DNA of 64,000 nt from Trueperaceae bacterium (GTDB taxonomy: Bacteria; Deinococcota; Deinococci; Deinococcales; Trueperaceae): NCBI GenBank assembly GCA_034521815.1, contig JAXHLW010000013.1, positions 1,440,001-1,504,000 of the forward strand, in the 5' to 3' direction. The notes beneath the pieces were generated by a model, which was not told where the DNA came from, ran no database searches, and saw nothing but the letters and a program-made list of their open reading frames with translations. The translations under genes and the position numbers were made by a program. Position 1 is the stretch's first letter. Each line of letters begins with the position of its first letter. Of the stretch, positions 58,862 through 64,000 are shown in pieces.

Positions 58862-59254
58862 TCAGGTCAGTTCGCTGATCTCGAACAGGTGGCCGTCGGG
58901 ATCGCGAAAGAACGCTCGGATCTCGCCTCCGCGATCGACGGGCTCGGTCAGGAACTCGGCGCCCCTGCCACGGAGGAGCTCGTACGTCTTCCAGCAATCC
59001 TCGACGCGGAAGATCACCTGGGCGGTCACCCAGTCGGGGTCGGCAAGTGGTGCGAAGGTGATCGTCGGCTTATCAGGCGTCGGACCACCGCCTTGGACCA
59101 GCAAGAGCCAGTTGCCGAGCAACTCCAGTACGACCGACGTGCCGTACTGCCCGTAGACCGAGGCGTCGAGCACGTCGACATACCAGTCCCGGCTGACGTG
59201 AGTGTCCGCGACCACGAGCAGGTGCGTGAGCGCTGACGCGGAGAACCGGTCCAT
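58862..59254 (-). CDS. VOC/glyoxalase family protein
   Basis: HLLVVAD...WYVDVL, FFRDPDGHLFEI. Confidence 0.9.
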   Translation of the reverse strand: MDRFSASALTHLLVVADTHVSRDWYVDVLDASVYGQYGTSVVLELLGNWLLLVQGGGPTPDKPTITFAPLADPDWVTAQVIFRVEDCWKTYELLRGRGAEFLTEPVDRGGEIRAFFRDPDGHLFEISELT

Positions 59255-59520
59255 CTACACGGCACGATACGAAGGCAAGTGTGGGCGGTTGGCGCCCGGG
59301 GCAGCCGCACGGTCGCGTGCACGAGGCCACCGCTTCGACGGGCGATCACCGGACGCAGCGTGAGCTGCGACGGTTGCGATGACCGAATGAGATCGCCCAG
59401 CCGGCGCTGACACCTTGCATGACACCCTTCCTCCGTCTGGCCTCTCGCGCGCTCACGCATGCCGCGAGGATCATCGCTCGCCAACAAGGATCGAGCGACG
59501 ACCCGCCGGTCGGGCCATCC

Positions 59521-59949
59521 TCACGTTGGAACACGACGCTGCATCTGTAGGGCTAGCAGGCACCCGGTACCGCGGCGCTGGACGTAGGTGGCCGTGTATC
59601 GGAGCGGGGTCATGGACGCTCGATCCTCGACGTCCGCCGTTCGGATGTCCGTGGTTCCGAACACCAGCGCGGTATCGCCCTCGATCAGCAGCGTCCGTTC
59701 GCGAAGGGTCTGGTTCGTCATCCCCATGCCCAGTACCGCTTGAATCAGCGCTTCCTTGCCCGTGGTGGTCCCGTCGCTGCGATTGAACATTAAGCGATCG
59801 TCGGCGATGCGCCGGAGCGCCGCCTCATCCCCGGCGACCTCCGCGGCAACGTAGTCGTCTTCTGCAGCGAGAACACGCCGTTCGTCATTGGAGCTAGCGT
59901 TGCACGTGGGGATCTCCTCGGGGCGCGCCTGCCGGGATCGGTGCGCCAT
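59521..59949 (-). CDS. NTF2-like (DUF4440) protein, possibly degenerate
   Basis: GDEAALRRIADD, GDTALVFG, RYTATYV. Confidence 0.7.
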   Translation of the reverse strand: MAHRSRQARPEEIPTCNASSNDERRVLAAEDDYVAAEVAGDEAALRRIADDRLMFNRSDGTTTGKEALIQAVLGMGMTNQTLRERTLLIEGDTALVFGTTDIRTADVEDRASMTPLRYTATYVQRRGTGCLLALQMQRRVPT

Positions 59950-60035
59950 GGGGCGACGCGAACCGACCGCCCCCTGCTGTGCATGCAGGTTGCCAACGGG
60001 CCAAGATCAGCCGTCCTCGAGGCTCCGAGGACGCG

Positions 60036-60359
60036 TCATCGCCCCGCTGGACGGTAGCTCACACTTCGCTTCGCGGCGGCGTCGGCCTCCTCCGCGCTGA
60101 TCAGCACGACCGTTTCCAAGTGGCTCATGGCTCCGGAAGCCCCGATGGTCGCGGCCACAGCCACGGCAGCCGCATGATCGGGCAACTCGGCGACCGCATA
60201 GAAGTCGTCGCTCCCGAACGCGAAGTCGAACGACGCCAACGAGCCACCCGCGCTCTCGGCGATCGCCCGGGCGGCATCGACGCGCGCCGAGCCACCGTCC
60301 TTCAGCACGCCCCCGATGCCCTCCTGGCCATACGACCCCTTGAACATGTACCTTGGCAT
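60036..60359 (-). CDS. GYD-domain protein
   Basis: MPRYMFKGSY..EG..G...GGS, FAFGSDD, YRP; GAGGGGAG RBS. Confidence 0.85.
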   Translation of the reverse strand: MPRYMFKGSYGQEGIGGVLKDGGSARVDAARAIAESAGGSLASFDFAFGSDDFYAVAELPDHAAAVAVAATIGASGAMSHLETVVLISAEEADAAAKRSVSYRPAGR

Positions 60360-60982
60360 GGTCTCCCCTCTCAAGCGCGCGACCACGCGCCCCTAGGCGC
60401 CGGACGCTTCGCGATGAACGGTACGTCCTCCTCGCCCGCGGCAGGACCGCGAAGCGCCGTCGAGACCACTCCTTTCCGCCTCACGCCACCCTCGTTGGGG
60501 ACGACGCCTCCGCAGGGCCGTCGAGCCGAGCGCCTCGGGTCGACGGCCACCACGAACACCCGAGAGGGGCCTGCCCAACTGCGACGGACGCCCGCACGAT
60601 GCGACGGGCCATCCGCCGAACGCGCTCAGCTATCACGCCCCTACGCCACCGGAACGGACGGTGGAACGGGGTTGACCACGGTTCGTCGCACCTGACGGTT
60701 GGACCGCACGCATCGTGCGCGCATGGCCCCTGGACCGACGATCGACCTTCCCCTTCACGACGACGGCGAGCGGGGTTCCATGGTCGCAGTCCTTGCCCGG
60801 CGAGACGGCCCGAGCGTACCTTCGAGGCTTCGTAGCCCGGGCTCGCAGCGTGGCCGCCCCTGCCCACGGTCGATCCACCGGACCGCGTGCCCGGGCCGGG
60901 CCGCGCTCGCCTGCGCCAGCGATCCGGCAGGGTGCCCCCCCGAAGCCGGGTCACCCTGCCGCGTCGAGCGAGGTACGAGCCG

Positions 60983-63728
60983 CTACAGCCCCGGAATGAC
61001 CCTGACGTCGATGCTGGTCGACGACCGCTGGTCCTCATCGTCGGTGACGGTGACCTCGATGTGGAAGTCGCCCGGCTCGAAGATGGGCTCCGAGCAGGTC
61101 CAAAACTGGATCTCGATGTCGTTGCCCTGGTAGCTCTTGCTGAACCCGTTCTGGTCGGTCACGACCCAGTCGTAGGCGTCGATGGTGCCGCCGTCCGGGT
61201 CCTCGGCGTCCGCTTCGAGGCGCAGCTCGCCGCACGACCGGTACAGCGTCTCCCCGTCGGGCGGATGCACGATCGTCACGTTGGGGGGCCGAGGCCCGTC
61301 GGGCGCTTCGACGACGTCGTACGTCAGCACCTCGGTGGTGGCCGTCGCACCGGCCTCGTCGGTGTACTCGGCCTGGATGTCCAACGCGCTGCCGGGGCCG
61401 ACGTTCACGCTGTGCATCAGCGTGGCGCCCGAAGCGACGTGGCTGCCGTTCACGTACCAGTCGATCTCGCGCTGGTCGGCGGCGTTGGTGCCGTGGCCGG
61501 TGGTGCATGACCGGTCGTCGGCCCGCGAGCGGACCGTGACGCGGGCGCCCTCCTCCACGCTGTCGCCGGAGGGACGATCGGTGATGGCGATGCCGGGCTC
61601 GCGGTTCTCGATGTCGATCGTGACCTCGTCGGACACCGTCACGGGGCCGCTCCCCGTCTGCAGCGTCGCCTCGGCCGTGATCGTGTGCGTCCGGGCAGAG
61701 CATGGAGGTGCCGGTGCCGGCGATGTCGCCCGCGCCGGCGTACGCGCCGTCGGTGGACCAGACCAGCTCATAGGTGCCCGAGAAGCGCACGTCCGCCTCG
61801 AAGTCGACCAGCGTCCCTTCCGGGACGACGGCGCCGTCCGCCGGCTCGGTGATCTCGACGCCGATCGGCTCGAGCGTCCCGACGCGCACGTCGAAGGTCT
61901 CGATCGGGCCCGCGATGTCGCTGTTGGAGAGCAGCGCGTACACGGTGCGGCTCTGGCCGGGGTCGAGGGAGAGCTCGAGCTCGTGATCGGTCGGCCGGGG
62001 TCGCGAGACGTTGACGCAGTCGGTCGTCGCGCTGCTCACGTCCCGGTAGAGCTTCACCCTGGCGTCCAGCGAGCCGCTGGCCTCGACGCGGGCGAGCCGC
62101 GTGTCGCTCGAGCTGTTCTCCAGTTGGACCTCCACCACGGTGGCGCGCAGGTCTCCGACGGGCCCGACCGAGCGGGACAGCTCGTCGCTGCGGGACCCCA
62201 CGTCGTAGACGATCTGCTCCGGCGATCCTTCGAACGCGGCCGGGTCGAAAACGCAACGTCCGTTAAGCGCGCCGTTGCCCTGCGTCACCGTGGCCTCGAA
62301 CGCCTGGTTGCGTACCCAGCCCCAATGGGCGTCCTCGAGATCGTACCCGGAGGGGAACGCCCCGTTGGCCCTCAGCATGTCGTCGACGTCCTCGGTCGTG
62401 GCGCCGCGCTTGAACAACGGGTCCAGGGCCGCCCTGGGCGTCGTCCCGTTCGCACGGATGAGGTAGACCCAGAAGTCTTGGATTTCGTAGGCAGGATCGT
62501 CGTCGTCCCGGGTCTCCTCCACCGCGACGTTCACCTCGCGAAGCGAGCGCTCCTGAGCGTCTCGGACGGCGGTGGCGGCGTCCGAGGCAGGGTTCTCGAC
62601 GAAGCTCGCTGTGCCCTCGAGGATCCAGTCCTGCCGCGTCTTGGCGAGCTTGTGCCAACTGATCGGCGCGTAGTTGAACTGGATCGCGTGGAAGAACTCC
62701 ATGCGGGTGGTGTGCTCCGACGGGGTGCCGGTGCCCTCGTGGCAGGTGATGCCGAGGTTCGTCGGCGCGACGTACATGCCACCGATACCGTCACAGACCC
62801 CGGTCCCGTCCTTGCGGATCTTGTAGAGGTAGTACGAGCCCTTCTGGCCGCCCACCTCACCGGCGATGCGGGCCAGGTCCGGCCTGCGAAAGTCGGAAAC
62901 GAAGTCGTCGTAGACGTCGCGAAGGAACGCGCGCACGGCACTCTTCTGGCTCGAGCCGCACACCGACGGGTCGGGGGGCGAGCCGAAACCGACGCACTTG
63001 ATCACGAAGTCCTCGCGCTTCTTGCGGAAGTTGAAGCGCAAGAACCGCTGCGGCTCCAACGACGCGGCCCGCTGCGCTTCGGCCCCGCGCGACGCCTCGG
63101 CGGCCCGCGCCGCCGCCGTCTCGTCGATTTCGAGGATGTCGAACGACGGCGGCGTGTACCCGTCGCCTTCGACCAGGACCATCTCGTGCCCTTCCTCGGC
63201 CAGGGCGCGCAAGCGCACGACGAACACCTCGTCGTCCGGGTCGACCACGCCGGGCAGGATGCTCCAGAGATGGTCGTGGGTGGGGCTGAACCGGTCGGGG
63301 GCCGCGTCCTCTGCGGGGAGCCGGATCGCGAGCGCAAGGCGGGACGCCTCGGCGTGATCCGGGATGGGAAGCGCCAGCCCGAGCGGCGCGTCGCCTCGCA
63401 GGTCGCGATCCTCGTCGCTCGCCAGGCGAACGACGTCGCCCACGGCGCGCGCCTCGGCCGGCAAGGGCGGCCCGGACAGCATCGAGGCAGCCTCGATCGA
63501 GACCTCCACCGGCGATGACAGACTTCCTTCGGGCGCGCCGAGCTGGACGCCTCCGTCCCCACGCAACGACCCGCCTGGTGCCAGCATCTGGCCGGAATCG
63601 TCGTCGGTCGGCGGCGACCCGTCGCCCGTTCGGCACCCGGCGAGGGACAGTGTGGCCGCCACCATCGCGGCGAAGGCGACCACGCGGAGGAAGGTGCGGA
63701 GAGAAGCGGGTAGGTACGGGTGCATCAT
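60983..63728 (-). CDS. large lipoprotein with ZU5-like, zincin-like and Ig-like domains (frameshift ~61705)
   Basis: LAGC lipobox; MEFFHAIQ...WILEGTA; ITEPADG/IVHPPDG Ig-like repeats. Confidence 0.75.
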
Positions 63729-64000
63729 AGCTCTCGCCCCCTGACGAGTCCGGGATCTCGAGCGTGACGTAGCGCTTGTATGTCGGACGGTTCACGCCTA
63801 TCACGACAGCGGCGGCACGTCAACACGTACCGAAGCGAGGTCTTGACCTCGCACCGCGATCGCGCAGGAGCTCGGCGGCGGCGCCCCGGCCGGGCGTAGC
63901 GAGGCGCCACCGCTGCGATCGTGGGGGCTCGGATGTCCGCGGGACGTCGAGCCGCAGTTGGCACGTTCCAAGGACGACGTTCGAAGATGACCGGCGCTTT

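Overview
High-GC bacterial chromosomal segment, probably from a Deinococcota (Trueperaceae-like) genome. That assignment is an inference from many leaderless genes with a TANNNT box 5-7 nt before the start codon and from the gene style. Single-base indels split many clearly homologous genes, most likely as long-read/consensus errors, so many CDS coordinates below are reconstructed across frames. Layout: (1) a partial vWA lipoprotein and tRNA-Ser(GGA), followed by an accessory cluster (Tat lipoprotein, unknown beta-rich protein, HEAT-like protein, ~7.6 kb Ig/YDG/MBG-repeat surface lipoprotein). (2) A core-like middle: NSS transporter, DHFR, Rieske-TPP enzyme, FNT channel, AhpD-like protein, ligA-polX, ftsH, a 10-gene irregular Mrp antiporter operon with four MrpD/A-type subunits, PDO, rph-rdgB, TPR protein, Fe-S photolyase and two c-di-GMP enzymes. 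(3) tRNA-Lys(CTT) followed by segments separated by three further copies of the tRNA 3' end, some with conserved hairpin and arm-like flanking motifs. These segments carry two variable 7-blade SBBP-type propeller lipoproteins, an IS3 element, hydrolases with a TetR-like regulator and small accessory genes, and no integrase is visible. The tRNA-Lys-anchored cassette-like array is the best candidate for an undescribed system.
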